Notes: generated from the letters alone by a model not told the origin. Shown: positions 1 to 10,422, counted from the first letter of the stretch. The stretch is DNA of 64,000 bases from Thermodesulfobacteriota bacterium (GCA_049320885.1 JBMORA010000033.1:23626-87625), one strand, 5' to 3'. Translations and numbers: made by a program.

Positions 1-452
1 ATGGAAACCTGGGCCTCGGTGATCTGTTTCAATCTTTCCGCCTGGGCGGCGATCATGGAATTGGTGGCGATGGAAAGCTTCAGGTGCAGGCGCACTCTTG
101 CCAGTACTTCCCGGGGATGAAACGGTTTGGTGATATAATCGACGGCTCCGAGCTCGAATCCCGACAGCTTGGCATCGATTTCGCTGACGCCGGTCAGAAA
201 AATCACCGGAATGGCGGAGGTGGCGGCATTGTTTTTCAGGGCCTTGATGACCTCGAAACCATCTTCCCCCGGCATGCGGATATCCAGCAGAATGAGATCC
301 GGACGTTCCTCCAGAGCGGCTTTTCGGGCTGCCGGGCCGTCAGCGGCCGCGATAACCCGGTAGCCTTCCTTGGTCAATGTCGTTTCGAGCAGCTTTACGT
401 TGACCGGAGTGTCGTCAACGACAAGAATGGAAAAAGGATGGTTGGAATCCAT
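1..452 (-). CDS. Response regulator, receiver domain (N-terminal part; gene continues past window start)
   Basis: Reverse translation from ATG at 452-450 gives MDSNHPFSILVVDDTPVNVKLL...PDLILLDIRMPGEDGFEV...AVDYITKPF, with the canonical DD/D/T/K receiver residues. The frame is still open at position 1. Confidence 0.8.
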   Translation of the reverse strand, partial: MDSNHPFSILVVDDTPVNVKLLETTLTKEGYRVIAAADGPAARKAALEERPDLILLDIRMPGEDGFEVIKALKNNAATSAIPVIFLTGVSEIDAKLSGFELGAVDYITKPFHPREVLARVRLHLKLSIATNSMIAAQAERLKQITEAQVS

Positions 453-470
453 GATGGTTTTGCCGGTGTT

Positions 471-800
471 TCAAGAGGGCTGCAAATCGTTCAGGGCTTT
501 TTCAACGGCCTCCAGTTTTTCCGTCAGCACGGTGAGGCGTTCCGTCATGAAGTGGGGCTGCTTGTTGTTAGCATTCTTTTCCAATTCCCTGGCCTCGGCG
601 GCGAGAACGGAAAAACCGAGATTGCCCGCCGAGCCTTTCAGGGAATGGGCGGTTTCTTTTATCGCTTCATAATCCCCGTCAGCCAGAGACGCCTGGATAC
701 GAAGAATGTCGTTACGGGCCGTCTCCAGGAAAAGCTGCACCAATTCACTGAATTCACGGATATCCAAGCCCAGGTTGGCGGCCAGCTCCTGAAATTGCAT
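471..800 (-). CDS. Hpt (histidine phosphotransfer) domain protein
   Basis: 109-aa ORF with the Hpt signature AHSLKGSAGNLG. It lies 18 nt upstream of the receiver gene on the same strand. Confidence 0.75.
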   Translation of the reverse strand: MQFQELAANLGLDIREFSELVQLFLETARNDILRIQASLADGDYEAIKETAHSLKGSAGNLGFSVLAAEARELEKNANNKQPHFMTERLTVLTEKLEAVEKALNDLQPS

Positions 801-931
801 GCACTATTCCTCCCGAGGTTGCGGTAGGCCGCTCCGCCGTAAAATCATTGCGGAAGCGACATAATACACTATCTTAGCGGACGGGATAATCGATTGCAAT
901 ACCCAATATTGAACAGCGATAAGGTTGGGGG

Positions 932-980
932 TTGACAAATACCATTCCAGCCGCTATCATATCAAGAAATCTAGATATGA
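932..980 (+). promoter_or_regulatory. Sigma-70-like promoter with overlapping inverted repeat (candidate ArsR-type operator)
   Basis: TTGACA (932-937), 17-nt spacer, TATCAT (955-960). Inverted repeat TCATATC (957-963) / GATATGA (974-980) sits just before the ATG at 985. Confidence 0.45.
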
Positions 981-984
981 TAAT

Positions 985-1899
985 ATGAAACCCATTGCCT
1001 ATTTCAAAGCCCTTTCCGACAGTACCCGCGTCCGCCTGGTCAACGCCCTTGGAGATCACGAACTGAGCGTCAACGAGATGGTATCGCTGCTGGGAATGGG
1101 TCAATCCCGGATTTCCCGCCATCTCAGGATACTGATGGACGCCGGATTTCTTCGATGCCGGAGGGACGGCGCCTGGGCTTTCTATGGCATCAGTCCGGAT
1201 GGCGAGGCCAGACGACTGCTGGAGGCTGTTCAATTCACCCTTCAAGACGAACCGTTGTTGCTGGCAGACCGGAAGAGGGTTTCCACTTTGGTGGAAGACC
1301 GCCGGCGGAATACCATGCATTTCTTTGATACCATCGCCCCGGACTGGGATCTGCTCAAACAGGAAATCATCGGCGACGTCGATCTGAACGGCGCCATCGC
1401 GGACTGGATTCCGCCCGGCGTCACGGTGGTGGATCTGGGCTGCGGCACCGGAGATTTCCTGGTGGTTGCCGCCGCCCGGGCGGGCAAAGCCATCGGTGTC
1501 GACAGTTCCGCCAAAATGCTGGAGCTGGCCCGGCGGAGATTCCAGGGAAACCGCAACAAACCGGAATTCCGCCTGGGGGAATTGGAACATCTGCCCCTGG
1601 GAGACGGTGAGGCGGACTGCGCCGTGGTTTCCATGGTTCTCCATCATGTCCCGGATCCCGGCACGGCCATCGCCGAAATCAGGCGCACCCTGAAACCGGG
1701 AGGCCGGCTGCTCATAGCGGAACTGGAAAAACACGGCAGCGAAGAAATGCGGGAGCGCTTCGGGGACCGATGGCTGGGATTCAGCCGTCATGAAATGGAG
1801 CAATATCTGAGCGGCAACGGTTTTGTATTGGATACGCAGCGTTCCCTCGCGTTACGGAAATCGCTGTGTCTGGGATTATTTATTGCATTGAAATCATAA
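985..1899 (+). CDS. ArsR/SmtB-family HTH regulator fused to a class I SAM-dependent methyltransferase domain
   Basis: The N-terminus [22 protein letters not shown]...[25 protein letters not shown] is an ArsR wHTH. The C-terminus [11 protein letters not shown]...LKPGGRLLI carries SAM-methyltransferase motifs I and post-I. Start chosen at the internal Met (ORF track start is 925). Confidence 0.85.
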   Translation: MKPIAYFKALSDSTRVRLVNALGDHELSVNEMVSLLGMGQSRISRHLRILMDAGFLRCRRDGAWAFYGISPDGEARRLLEAVQFTLQDEPLLLADRKRVSTLVEDRRRNTMHFFDTIAPDWDLLKQEIIGDVDLNGAIADWIPPGVTVVDLGCGTGDFLVVAAARAGKAIGVDSSAKMLELARRRFQGNRNKPEFRLGELEHLPLGDGEADCAVVSMVLHHVPDPGTAIAEIRRTLKPGGRLLIAELEKHGSEEMRERFGDRWLGFSRHEMEQYLSGNGFVLDTQRSLALRKSLCLGLFIALKS

Positions 1900-1918
1900 C
1901 TTATTCAGGAGAAAACAG

Positions 1919-3373
1919 ATGACTTCACCCACCTTTTCGACCAACGGCAACAATTTTTTGGAACTGGATCTGACCCTGCCCTACCGGGTGGCCGACATCT
2001 CCCTGGCGGATTTCGGCAACCGGGAAATGCAGCTGGCGGAAAATGAAATGCCCGGCCTGATGGCTGTCAGGGAAAAATATGGCCCGAAGAAACCATTGAA
2101 GGGACTGAAAATAATGGGAAGCCTCCACATGACCATTCAGACCGCCATGCTCATCGAGACCCTGAAGGCGCTGGGAGCCGATATCCGCTGGGCGACCTGC
2201 AACATTTTTTCCACCCAGGATCATGCCGCCGCCGCCATTGCCAAGAACAAGTCCGCCGCCGTGTTTGCCTGGAAAGGCGAAACCCTGCAGGAATTCTGGT
2301 GGTGCACGGAACAGGCCCTGGTCTGGCCGGACGGTTCGGGCCCGGATCTGATCGTGGACGACGGCGGTGATGCCACCCTGTACGTCCATCAAGGCGTGGC
2401 CGTGGAAAAGGACCCCTCCCTGCTGGACCAAAAATACACCAACGCGGACATGCACTGCCTGATGGAAAGACTGGCGGCGTCCCATCGCCGCAATCCGGAA
2501 TTCTGGACAAGCATTGCCGCCAGGATCCGGGGGGTTTCCGAGGAAACCACCACGGGGGTGCATCGGCTCTATCATCTGGCCAGGGAAGGCAACTTGTTGT
2601 TTCCGGCGATCAATGTCAACGATTCCGTCACCAAGTCCAAATTCGACAATCTTTATGGCTGCCGGGAATCCCTGGCCGACGGCATCAAACGGGCCACGGA
2701 TATCATGATCGCGGGCAAGGTCGTGGTGATCTGCGGTTATGGCGATGTGGGCAAGGGCTGCGCCCAGTCCATGCGCGGCTTCGGTGCCCGGGTGCTCATC
2801 ACCGAGGTGGATCCGATCTGCGCGCTCCAGGCGGCCATGGAAGGCTACGAGGTGGTGACCATGGAAGCGGCCGCGCCCCTGGGCGACATTTTCGTGACCG
2901 CCACCGGCTGTATCGACGTCATCACCGGTGCCCATATGGAACAAATGAAAAACGAGGCTATTATCTGCAATATCGGCCATTTTGATAACGAGATCCAAAT
3001 GGGGTACCTGCAAAACAACCCGAAGTGCCAACGGCTGACCGTCAAACCCCAGGTGGACAAATGGACCCTGCCTTCCGGACGGTCGCTGGTGGTGCTTGCC
3101 GAAGGCCGCCTGGTCAACCTGGGTTGTGCAACCGGGCATCCCAGCTTTGTGATGAGCAACAGTTTCACCAACCAATGCCTGGCCCAGATGGAGCTGGCCG
3201 CCAAGCCCCACGAGAAAAAAGTGTATACCCTGCCCAAGACCCTGGATGAGGAAGTGGCGCGTCTTCACCTGGCCAGACTGGGCGCAAACCTGACCCGTCT
3301 GAGCGCTTCCCAGGCGTCTTATCTCGGGGTTCCGGTGGACGGACCGTTCAAGCCGGATCATTACCGGTATTAA
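1919..3373 (+). CDS. ahcY: Adenosylhomocysteinase
   Basis: 484-aa ORF with full-length family resemblance: [36 protein letters not shown]-binding motif, C-terminal KPDHYRY. Confidence 0.95.
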   Translation: MTSPTFSTNGNNFLELDLTLPYRVADISLADFGNREMQLAENEMPGLMAVREKYGPKKPLKGLKIMGSLHMTIQTAMLIETLKALGADIRWATCNIFSTQDHAAAAIAKNKSAAVFAWKGETLQEFWWCTEQALVWPDGSGPDLIVDDGGDATLYVHQGVAVEKDPSLLDQKYTNADMHCLMERLAASHRRNPEFWTSIAARIRGVSEETTTGVHRLYHLAREGNLLFPAINVNDSVTKSKFDNLYGCRESLADGIKRATDIMIAGKVVVICGYGDVGKGCAQSMRGFGARVLITEVDPICALQAAMEGYEVVTMEAAAPLGDIFVTATGCIDVITGAHMEQMKNEAIICNIGHFDNEIQMGYLQNNPKCQRLTVKPQVDKWTLPSGRSLVVLAEGRLVNLGCATGHPSFVMSNSFTNQCLAQMELAAKPHEKKVYTLPKTLDEEVARLHLARLGANLTRLSASQASYLGVPVDGPFKPDHYRY

Positions 3374-3483
3374 CCGCCGCTTTCGGCTCGGGCGGTTGAC
3401 TTGAATCCGGGGCGGACTTATGTTCGTACAAATGTTCGATACCGATGTGCTTGACCGGACAACCCACTATAAAAGGGGGTGCG

Positions 3484-4944
3484 ATGATGGAAGCCCTGAT
3501 AAGACTGCCCGAACTGGAAAAAAAACGATCCGAAAACGAACAGATCCACTACATGGACCATATATTCGACACCCAGAAAGCTGCTTTTGAACGAAATCCG
3601 GTGCCGGACGCCGGGGAACGCATCCGGCACCTGACAACCCTCAAGGAAAAACTGCTCGAACATCAGGAAGCGATCATTGCGGCCATCGACCAGGATTTCG
3701 GCGGCCGCTCCCGGAATGAGTCCCTGCTGGCTGAAATCCTTCCCAGCGTGGAAGGCATCCGCTACACCGTGAAGCGGGTGCGGAAATGGATGCAGCCTTC
3801 CCGCCGGAAAGTCGGCCTGCTCTTTCAGCCGGGCGGCGCCCGCGTGGTTTACCAGCCCCTGGGCCTGGTCGGTATTATTGTTCCCTGGAATTATCCGGTT
3901 TATCTGGCGCTGGGCCCTTTGACCGGCGCCCTTTCGGCCGGCAACCGCGTCATGATCAAGATGAGCGAATACACACCCCGAACGGCCGCCGCCCTGAAAA
4001 AAATGCTATACGAGGCCTTTGACGAAGACCATGTGGCGGTGGTGACCGGCGAAGCGGACGTGGGCGTGGCTTTCTCCCGCAAGCCCTGGGATCATCTGGT
4101 CTTTACCGGTTCCACTGCCGTGGGACGGCAGGTGATGAAATCCGCGGCGGACAACCTCACACCGGTGACGCTGGAGCTGGGCGGCAAATCTCCCGCCATT
4201 ATCGGACCGGATGCGCCCATCCGGGATGCGGCACAGCGGATTGCCTTCGGCAAGGTATTCAATGCAGGCCAGACCTGCGTGGCCCCGGATTACGTGCTCT
4301 GCCCGCGTGGGGCGGTGGACCGCTTCGTGGAAAGCTTTTCCTCGGCGGTTGCCGGCATGTATCCCTCCTTGGTGGACAACCCGCATTACACCGGCATCAT
4401 CAATGAGCGTCAACACCAGCGCCTTCAGGGCCTGGTGACGGACGCCGCCGAAAAAGGCGCGCGGATCACGACCATCAACCCGGCGGGGGAGGATTTCTCG
4501 GAGACCCGCAAAATGCCGGTCCGGGTGATGACGGAAGTGGACGAATCCATGCGGATTCTCCAGGAAGAAATCTTCGGACCGCTGCTGCCGGTGATTCCCT
4601 ACGATACGCTGAAGGATGCGGTGGCTTACGTCAACAAGCATCCCCGTCCGCTGGCCCTCTATTACTTCGATTACGATCGGGAAAAAGTGGACTATGTGGT
4701 ATCCAGAACCTTTGCGGGCGGAATGGTGGTCAACGACACCCTCGCCCACGTGGCCCAGGACGATCTGCCCTTTGGCGGAGTCGGCCCCTCGGGGATGGGG
4801 GAATACCATGGGCATGAGGGATTCCTGGCGTTTTCCAAGGCCAAGGGTGTCCTCTACAAACAGCGCCTGAACAGCACCGGATTGATCTATCCCCCCTACG
4901 GACGATGGATCCACCGGCTGATTTACCGGTTGTTCCTGCGATGA
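3484..4944 (+). CDS. NAD(P)-dependent aldehyde dehydrogenase (coniferyl-aldehyde-dehydrogenase-like)
   Basis: ALDH motifs VTLELGGKSP and FNAGQTCVAPDY (catalytic Cys). GGGGG Shine-Dalgarno-like run lies upstream of the ATG at 3484. Confidence 0.9.
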   Translation: MMEALIRLPELEKKRSENEQIHYMDHIFDTQKAAFERNPVPDAGERIRHLTTLKEKLLEHQEAIIAAIDQDFGGRSRNESLLAEILPSVEGIRYTVKRVRKWMQPSRRKVGLLFQPGGARVVYQPLGLVGIIVPWNYPVYLALGPLTGALSAGNRVMIKMSEYTPRTAAALKKMLYEAFDEDHVAVVTGEADVGVAFSRKPWDHLVFTGSTAVGRQVMKSAADNLTPVTLELGGKSPAIIGPDAPIRDAAQRIAFGKVFNAGQTCVAPDYVLCPRGAVDRFVESFSSAVAGMYPSLVDNPHYTGIINERQHQRLQGLVTDAAEKGARITTINPAGEDFSETRKMPVRVMTEVDESMRILQEEIFGPLLPVIPYDTLKDAVAYVNKHPRPLALYYFDYDREKVDYVVSRTFAGGMVVNDTLAHVAQDDLPFGGVGPSGMGEYHGHEGFLAFSKAKGVLYKQRLNSTGLIYPPYGRWIHRLIYRLFLR

Positions 4945-5717
4945 AGGAAAACGAAAACCCGGAAGGGGCCTATACGTTTCGCCCCATCGGCTATTTTCAT
5001 TCCTGTTTCAAGGAAAAATTCGGCATTCCCCGCCAGCCGGGCATCGTGGAAAACGCCCGGGGCCAGCTGGAGCTGTTGCCGGACCACGGCAGTCCGGATA
5101 CCGTGCGGGGACTGGAGGATTTTTCGCATATCTGGCTGCTGTTCGTTTTCCACGCCGTGACGCATCGGCGGCAACGGACGACGGTCCGGCCGCCGCGACT
5201 CGGCGGCAACCGCCGGATGGGCGTCTTTGCCACGCGCTCGGGATTCCGGCCCAATCCCATCGGCATGTCCGTGGCGGAACTGGAAGGCATCTCGCGCCGG
5301 CAAGGAAGTCTGCTGCTGCATCTGAAGGGGATCGATCTGTTGGACGGAACGCCGGTCCTGGATGTGAAGCCGTACCTGCCTTACGCCGACGCGGTCATGA
5401 AAGCCACCGGCGGGTTTGCCGAAACGGAGCAGCCGCCCCTGCTGCGCGTTGAATTCGATCCGGAGCCTCTCCGGCATTGCATGGACCGGGAGGCGGCCGA
5501 TATTCCGGAACTGCACCGCTTCATCGTCCAGATGCTGGAAAACGATCCCCGGCCGGCTTACCACCGGAAACATCCTCAACCGAAAACCTTCGGTACGAAG
5601 GTCTTCGATCTGGAGGTGAGATGGGTCGTATCGGGAGATCAGGCGCGGGTGATTGAAATCCGGCAGCAGCCGGTGCCGCATGAACCCGGCATCATCGCCG
5701 CCAGAAAAAACTGCTGA
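4941..5717 (+). CDS. trmO: tRNA (N6-threonylcarbamoyladenosine-N6)-methyltransferase TrmO/TsaA (YaeB family)
   Basis: YTFRPIGYFHSCFKEKFGIPRQPG...FSHIWLLFVFH...LDGTPVLDVKPYLPY is typical of the family. ATGA start/stop overlap with the upstream ALDH gene. Confidence 0.85.
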   Translation: MKENENPEGAYTFRPIGYFHSCFKEKFGIPRQPGIVENARGQLELLPDHGSPDTVRGLEDFSHIWLLFVFHAVTHRRQRTTVRPPRLGGNRRMGVFATRSGFRPNPIGMSVAELEGISRRQGSLLLHLKGIDLLDGTPVLDVKPYLPYADAVMKATGGFAETEQPPLLRVEFDPEPLRHCMDREAADIPELHRFIVQMLENDPRPAYHRKHPQPKTFGTKVFDLEVRWVVSGDQARVIEIRQQPVPHEPGIIAARKNC

Positions 5718-5970
5718 TCACCAGGAGAACACCGCCGATGACAAAACAGACGAGGTAAATCGGTAAATCCAGAAACCAGTCCGCCCCGCGCTGCATTCCA
5801 TACCAGCCGATGGTGTCCATGCGGTCGATGAAATCCATGTTGAAAAGGTCTATCATGTGCAGGGTTTTATAGACCGATTTCGGGGTCATGACCGATTGGA
5901 TCGCCTGGTAACCGAGGGCCATGAATCCGAACAGACAACTGATGATACCGGCGATGGCAATTCTTGACAT
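5692..5970 (-). CDS. Small membrane protein, unknown function
   Basis: 92-aa ORF with hydrophobic N- and C-terminal segments. No recognisable family. Confidence 0.4.
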   Translation of the reverse strand: MSRIAIAGIISCLFGFMALGYQAIQSVMTPKSVYKTLHMIDLFNMDFIDRMDTIGWYGMQRGADWFLDLPIYLVCFVIGGVLLVISSFFWRR

Positions 5971-6105
5971 AGGCGTCCTGCCTCCTGATGGTCTTGGTGA
6001 ACAGATGGAACGGCTGGCGTACGATACCGTTTCGGCCGTTTTCTTTCAAGTCAAAAAGGGAAACGGCTCCGCCCGCCTTTTGACCGGCACCCCGATGCGG
6101 TCCGG

Positions 6106-7356
6106 TTATTCTCCCGGGGGCTCCGCCTTGTCCTGGTACCGAAGCTGAATGGAGCGGATCATATCCAGGGTGTTGAAAAAGATTTCCACCAGCTCCGGAT
6201 CGAACTGGGTACCGGCTCCGGCTTCAATGGTCGACAATACCTTCGCTTCCTCCCAGGCTTCCTTGTAGACCCTTGCGGAGCACAAGGCGTCATAGACATC
6301 CACCAGGGATACCACCCGGCCGTAAATGGGGATTTCATTCCCCTTTTTACCGTTGGGCCGTTGAACCGGGAAACCGGTCTCGCCCAGCCGATGCCCCCTG
6401 TCGGTATCGATATGGCCCGGGTATCCCTCGCCGTTCCACCATTCATGGTGGTTCAAGGCCACCTGGGCCGCCATGTCGTCAAAATCGGACTGCCGGTCCT
6501 GAAACAGCTGGGCCCCCAGCACCGTATGCTGTTTCATGATCTCGTATTCCGCCGCATTGAACCGCCCCGGTTTTTTCAGAATCTGATCGGAGATGGCGAT
6601 TTTCCCCACATCGTGGAGCATGGCGGCCATGCGGAAGATATCGCGGTTTTTTTCGATTTCGCGGGTGTCATATCCCTGTTTGCGCGCCCATTTTTCATAG
6701 ATTTCGATGGCGTATCCGCCGACACGGTTGACATGGGCGCCGGTCTCCTTGGGGTCGCGCATTTCCGCCATGCGGATCATGCGCAGGATCATGGCGCGGG
6801 TCATCTGGGCCCGTTTCAGGGCCACGGCGGCGATGCTCGCGAAATGCATCATCATCCGTTCATCCTTGTCGGAAAAAGCCACGAAATGACCAGCCTCATC
6901 CCTGGCATTGATGATCTGAAGCACGCCGATGACGTTCCCCTTGGCGCTTTTCAGCGGCAGGGTCAATGCGGAACGGGTCACATAATGGGAGGCTTCATCG
7001 AATTTTCGGCCGAAATGATAGGGTTTTGAGCTGTCGATGGCGTACACGTCCGGAAGGTTCAAGGGCCGGCCGGTGGCGGCCACGTATCCGGCGATGCTCG
7101 TTTCGTCCACCGGTATGCTGAATATGGAATAGATCAGTTTTTCGCCCGGAGAGCATCTTTTCTGCAGGGTATCGTTCTGGGTATAATTGAAATGCAGTTC
7201 ATCCCCCTCGCGGATATAAATGGAACCGGCGTCGGCGTTGACAAAACGGCGCGCCTCGGTGAGGATCTTCTCCATCAGGATATCCAGATCCTGGACCTGG
7301 TTCAGCTCGATCCCCAGAACGGTGAGGACATCCAGTTTTTCCGCTTCACTCAACAT
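6106..7356 (-). CDS. GAF domain / HD-GYP domain protein (putative c-di-GMP phosphodiesterase)
   Basis: N-terminal GAF-like region. C-terminal motifs HDVGKI ... HHEWWNGEGYPG are HD-GYP signatures. Confidence 0.85.
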   Translation of the reverse strand: MLSEAEKLDVLTVLGIELNQVQDLDILMEKILTEARRFVNADAGSIYIREGDELHFNYTQNDTLQKRCSPGEKLIYSIFSIPVDETSIAGYVAATGRPLNLPDVYAIDSSKPYHFGRKFDEASHYVTRSALTLPLKSAKGNVIGVLQIINARDEAGHFVAFSDKDERMMMHFASIAAVALKRAQMTRAMILRMIRMAEMRDPKETGAHVNRVGGYAIEIYEKWARKQGYDTREIEKNRDIFRMAAMLHDVGKIAISDQILKKPGRFNAAEYEIMKQHTVLGAQLFQDRQSDFDDMAAQVALNHHEWWNGEGYPGHIDTDRGHRLGETGFPVQRPNGKKGNEIPIYGRVVSLVDVYDALCSARVYKEAWEEAKVLSTIEAGAGTQFDPELVEIFFNTLDMIRSIQLRYQDKAEPPGE

Positions 7357-7417
7357 GGAAAGCCACCTGCCGGTTTATCGTGATCCACGCGGACATGATC
7401 CCGATTCCCTTTCGACA

Positions 7418-8275
7418 TCACTTGCCGCCGGAATTCATCAGCCCCCTGACGGCGGCCGGGATGTCCGCCGGCAACAGGACGATCTTGGCATTCTGCCCGC
7501 CGGAAATCTCCTTGATCGCCTCGATGTATTTTTCCCCCAGCAGAAACATGACGGGCAGTTCGTTCTGGGCAATGGCCTCGGTCACTTTCTGAATGGCGCG
7601 CTGGCTGGCCTCGGCCAGAACCACCTGGGCCTGGGCGTCCCGCTTGGAGGCCTCCAACCGGCCTTCGGCCTGCAGGATGGCGGCCGATTTGTCCCCCTCG
7701 GCCCGGGTGACCGTGGCCCGGCGGGCCCGTTCGGCGGCGGCCTGCTCCTCCATGGCCCGCTGCATGGTTTCGGAAGGGTTGATATCCTGAATTTCCACGG
7801 TTTTCATGGTAATGCCCCAATCGGAGATGTCGTCGGAGATGGCGGTTTTCAATTTGGCCTTGATGGCGTCCCGGGAGGAAAGGGCATCATCCAGATCCAT
7901 TTCGCCGATAATGGAACGCAGGGAGGTCTGGACCAGGTTTTGAATGGCGATGCGATAATCCTCGACGCCGTATACCGCTTTTTCCGGTGACACCAGATTG
8001 ATATAGGCCACCGCATTGACGATGATCACGGCATTGTCCTTGGTAATGACGTCCTGGGAGGGAATATCCAGAACAATATCCTTGGTGGTCACCTTGTAGG
8101 CGACCATATCCATATAAGGGATCAGGATGTTCAAGCCGGGGCCCAATGTTTTGTGGAATTTTCCAAGTCGCTGGATGACATACTTGCTGCCCTGGGGAAC
8201 GATGCGGACACCGAGGGCGATGGTCACGATGACCAGAATGACGAAAACCAATACCACGACGGTGGTTCCTTCCAT
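7418..8275 (-). CDS. SPFH/Band-7 (stomatin-like) membrane protein
   Basis: N-terminal TM segment followed by an SPFH core (VIQRLGKFHKTLGPGLNILIPYMD...) and a coiled Ala/Glu-rich region. Confidence 0.9.
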   Translation of the reverse strand: MEGTTVVVLVFVILVIVTIALGVRIVPQGSKYVIQRLGKFHKTLGPGLNILIPYMDMVAYKVTTKDIVLDIPSQDVITKDNAVIIVNAVAYINLVSPEKAVYGVEDYRIAIQNLVQTSLRSIIGEMDLDDALSSRDAIKAKLKTAISDDISDWGITMKTVEIQDINPSETMQRAMEEQAAAERARRATVTRAEGDKSAAILQAEGRLEASKRDAQAQVVLAEASQRAIQKVTEAIAQNELPVMFLLGEKYIEAIKEISGGQNAKIVLLPADIPAAVRGLMNSGGK

Positions 8276-8323
8276 GAGTTTCCTCCGTTAGCGTTGAGTT
8301 GAATCAGGTTGACGGTCAAGCAG

Positions 8324-8782
8324 CTATCGGTCGCGCTTTTCCACAATGAGGGTGTTGCCGGAAATGTCCGTGACAAACACCCGGTCGCCTGTTGCCACCT
8401 CCTGGTTGCAGATGAACATCCATTCGTCCGCCCCGATCAGGGGTGCGGAAAACCGGACGACGCCCCGTTTTCCTGCCACCGGTTCACTGATCACCAGCCC
8501 CCCCTGTCCCAAAACGGCCTCCCGGGGGATTCCGGCTTTGGTATTGTCCGTCATCCGCGGTTTGATGTAGCGGAACCAGAAAACCGCGAGACCGATCGAT
8601 GCCAGTGCCCAGACCAACAATTGCCATGAAAGCTTCAGGGAGGGAAGCACCCAGAGCAGCGCCGCCACCAGCACGCCGGCAAGCCCGAACCAGAATATCG
8701 TGAAGCTGGGGATGAAGATTTCGCAGATGATCAGAATCGCGCCGAAGATCAGCCAGTGCCAGTACAGCAATTTGAACTCCAT
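8324..8782 (-). CDS. NfeD-family membrane protein
   Basis: Several N-terminal TM helices plus a C-terminal OB-like tail (GDRVFVTDISGNTLIVEK). Classic position upstream of an SPFH gene. Confidence 0.8.
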   Translation of the reverse strand: MEFKLLYWHWLIFGAILIICEIFIPSFTIFWFGLAGVLVAALLWVLPSLKLSWQLLVWALASIGLAVFWFRYIKPRMTDNTKAGIPREAVLGQGGLVISEPVAGKRGVVRFSAPLIGADEWMFICNQEVATGDRVFVTDISGNTLIVEKRDR

Positions 8783-8849
8783 GACAGGTCCTTTCCCGCA
8801 GGCGAAGCCGCAGAATAATGCCGGCTTTGCCTGTCGAACGGCCGGATGA

Positions 8850-9248
8850 TTAGCGTGTCGAAACCACCAGCCGCTGATCCATGACCTCGAGGCGCAGGAG
8901 CGTCAGCGGTTCTTTCCCGGGCCCGCTCAGCACGTCGCCCTTGGAGCTGTAAGTGGTTTTGCTGACACTGCAGCAACGAAAATTGTCGGTCCCGGCCAGG
9001 GGATCGATCCGCCTCCCCATATGCGTGCATTTGTTTTTGATCGCCGTATATCCGCCCCGGGGATCATGGTAAATCATCAGGCGATCCGGAAGCCCCCGGC
9101 CCTCCAGGCGAATGGCGCCATGGGGCGGATTCAGTTCGGGGGTGCGGCGCAGATCGATGGTGACTTTCCCGTCACGGTGGTCCCAGCAGCCCGGATCAGC
9201 CGGCGGTTTGGTTTCACAGATGCCGAAAATACGCTTTAACAGGCCCAT
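8850..9248 (-). CDS. Rieske-like domain protein (atypical ligand set)
   Basis: CTHMG box followed 16-17 residues later by CCSVS instead of CxxH. Start chosen at MGLLKR (ORF track start is 9359). Confidence 0.55.
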   Translation of the reverse strand: MGLLKRIFGICETKPPADPGCWDHRDGKVTIDLRRTPELNPPHGAIRLEGRGLPDRLMIYHDPRGGYTAIKNKCTHMGRRIDPLAGTDNFRCCSVSKTTYSSKGDVLSGPGKEPLTLLRLEVMDQRLVVSTR

Positions 9249-9283
9249 GTCCCCTCTCCAGGTGTTTGTCCATGATGGTTCTG

Positions 9284-10141
9284 TCAGCCATCGAACTCCT
9301 CCTCCAGAAACATTTCCGCGGCCAGTCTTCCCTCGCAGATTTTGACGGCCGGTCCGCACAGGGTGACGGCATAATCGTCCGCAATCACGAGACGGATGGT
9401 TCCGCCGGGCATATGCACCGTGATGCGGCCGTCACAAAGACCCAGGCGACGCGCAACCGCACCGGCAGCCGCGCTGCTGCTGCCGGAAGCCAGGGTATAC
9501 CCGGCCCCCCGCTCCCAGATTTCAAGCCGGATGTTGGCCCGATCCAGTACTTCCATAAACTGGACATTGATTTTATTGGGAAACATCGGGTCCGTTTCAA
9601 TTGCCGGCCCCAGACGCCGCGCCTCATCCGGCAACGCCTTCGCCCGCTGGATCACACAGTGGGGATTGCCGATGGTGGCTGCGCAGAAGGTTAAGACTTC
9701 GCCTTTCACCGCAATGGATTCGTTGATTACCTCCCGGGCAGGTCCGGCCACCGGGATGTCCGGGCTGTAAAAACCGACCCGGCCCATCTCCACGGTAATC
9801 ATCCGGCCCCCTTCCTGAACCTGGGACGAAACCGTCCCGCCCGGTGTGCGGATGGTAAACGGCTCGGTGCCGACAAGACATCTGTCCCAGAGGTAGCGGG
9901 AAAAAATGCGCAGCCCGTTGCCGCTTTTTTCCGCTTCACTACCGTCCGGGTTGAAGATCCGCAGCGAAAAGCCGCTGGTTTTTCCCGGCAGGGGCCCCAG
10001 CAGGATTCCGTCCGACCCGACGCCGTAATGGCGATGGCAGATACGACGAATCTGATCGGCCGTCAGCGCCTCAATTCCCGACTCCGCCGGATCGATGAGG
10101 ATATAGTCATTGCCCAGTCCGTGGTATTTGTGGAAAATCAT
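9284..10141 (-). CDS. dapF: Diaminopimelate epimerase
   Basis: FHKYHGLGNDYILID, NPDGSEAEKSGNGLR and GNPHCV motifs. Start at internal Met 10141 gives 285 aa, the typical length; the longest ORF starts at 10234. Confidence 0.9.
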   Translation of the reverse strand: MIFHKYHGLGNDYILIDPAESGIEALTADQIRRICHRHYGVGSDGILLGPLPGKTSGFSLRIFNPDGSEAEKSGNGLRIFSRYLWDRCLVGTEPFTIRTPGGTVSSQVQEGGRMITVEMGRVGFYSPDIPVAGPAREVINESIAVKGEVLTFCAATIGNPHCVIQRAKALPDEARRLGPAIETDPMFPNKINVQFMEVLDRANIRLEIWERGAGYTLASGSSSAAAGAVARRLGLCDGRITVHMPGGTIRLVIADDYAVTLCGPAVKICEGRLAAEMFLEEEFDG

Positions 10142-10422
10142 GGATCGTTCCGTAAACGGATGTCCGGGCGCCCCTGACGCGAGGATGGTCCGCCGCCCGC
10201 CTGAACTCTTTTCAGATATGACGGATTCTGTCACGGGAAAACCATCGGGTCAAGCAAAATGAATGCGTCCTTCTGTGGCCGCCCCATGTTTACCGTTATT
10301 AGCTATTGAAAGCGGGAACGCGCAGCGGTATGCTGGCGGCAAGGATCGTCAGCGGCCGGTTTTCGGGACAGGATGCCATCTTCCCGGAATGGCAGGTCAA
10401 ACCAGGATATGCGGAAGCGGAC

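Noticed and set aside
1900-1918. SAH riboswitch upstream of ahcY.
   Set aside because: Only 19 nt separate ahcY from the preceding gene, and the 801-984 leader shows a promoter/operator rather than a structured riboswitch-like element.
1925-3361. Very long antisense ORFs opposite well-supported genes. Examples: 1925-3361(-), 10954-13314(-), 13627-15156(-), 17256-19121(-), 20131-21612(-), 24463-25719(+), 30877-32286(+), 34566-35957(-), 38295-39299(-), 40907-42205(-), 43183-44679(-), 44636-45928(-), 54037-55422(+), 55241-57142(+), 57170-58840(+), 59872-62280(+) and 62758-63924(+).
   Set aside because: Their translations are Gly/Arg/Pro/His-rich, low-complexity and show no family resemblance, while the opposite strand encodes clearly recognisable proteins. 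This is typical of shadow ORFs in high-GC DNA.
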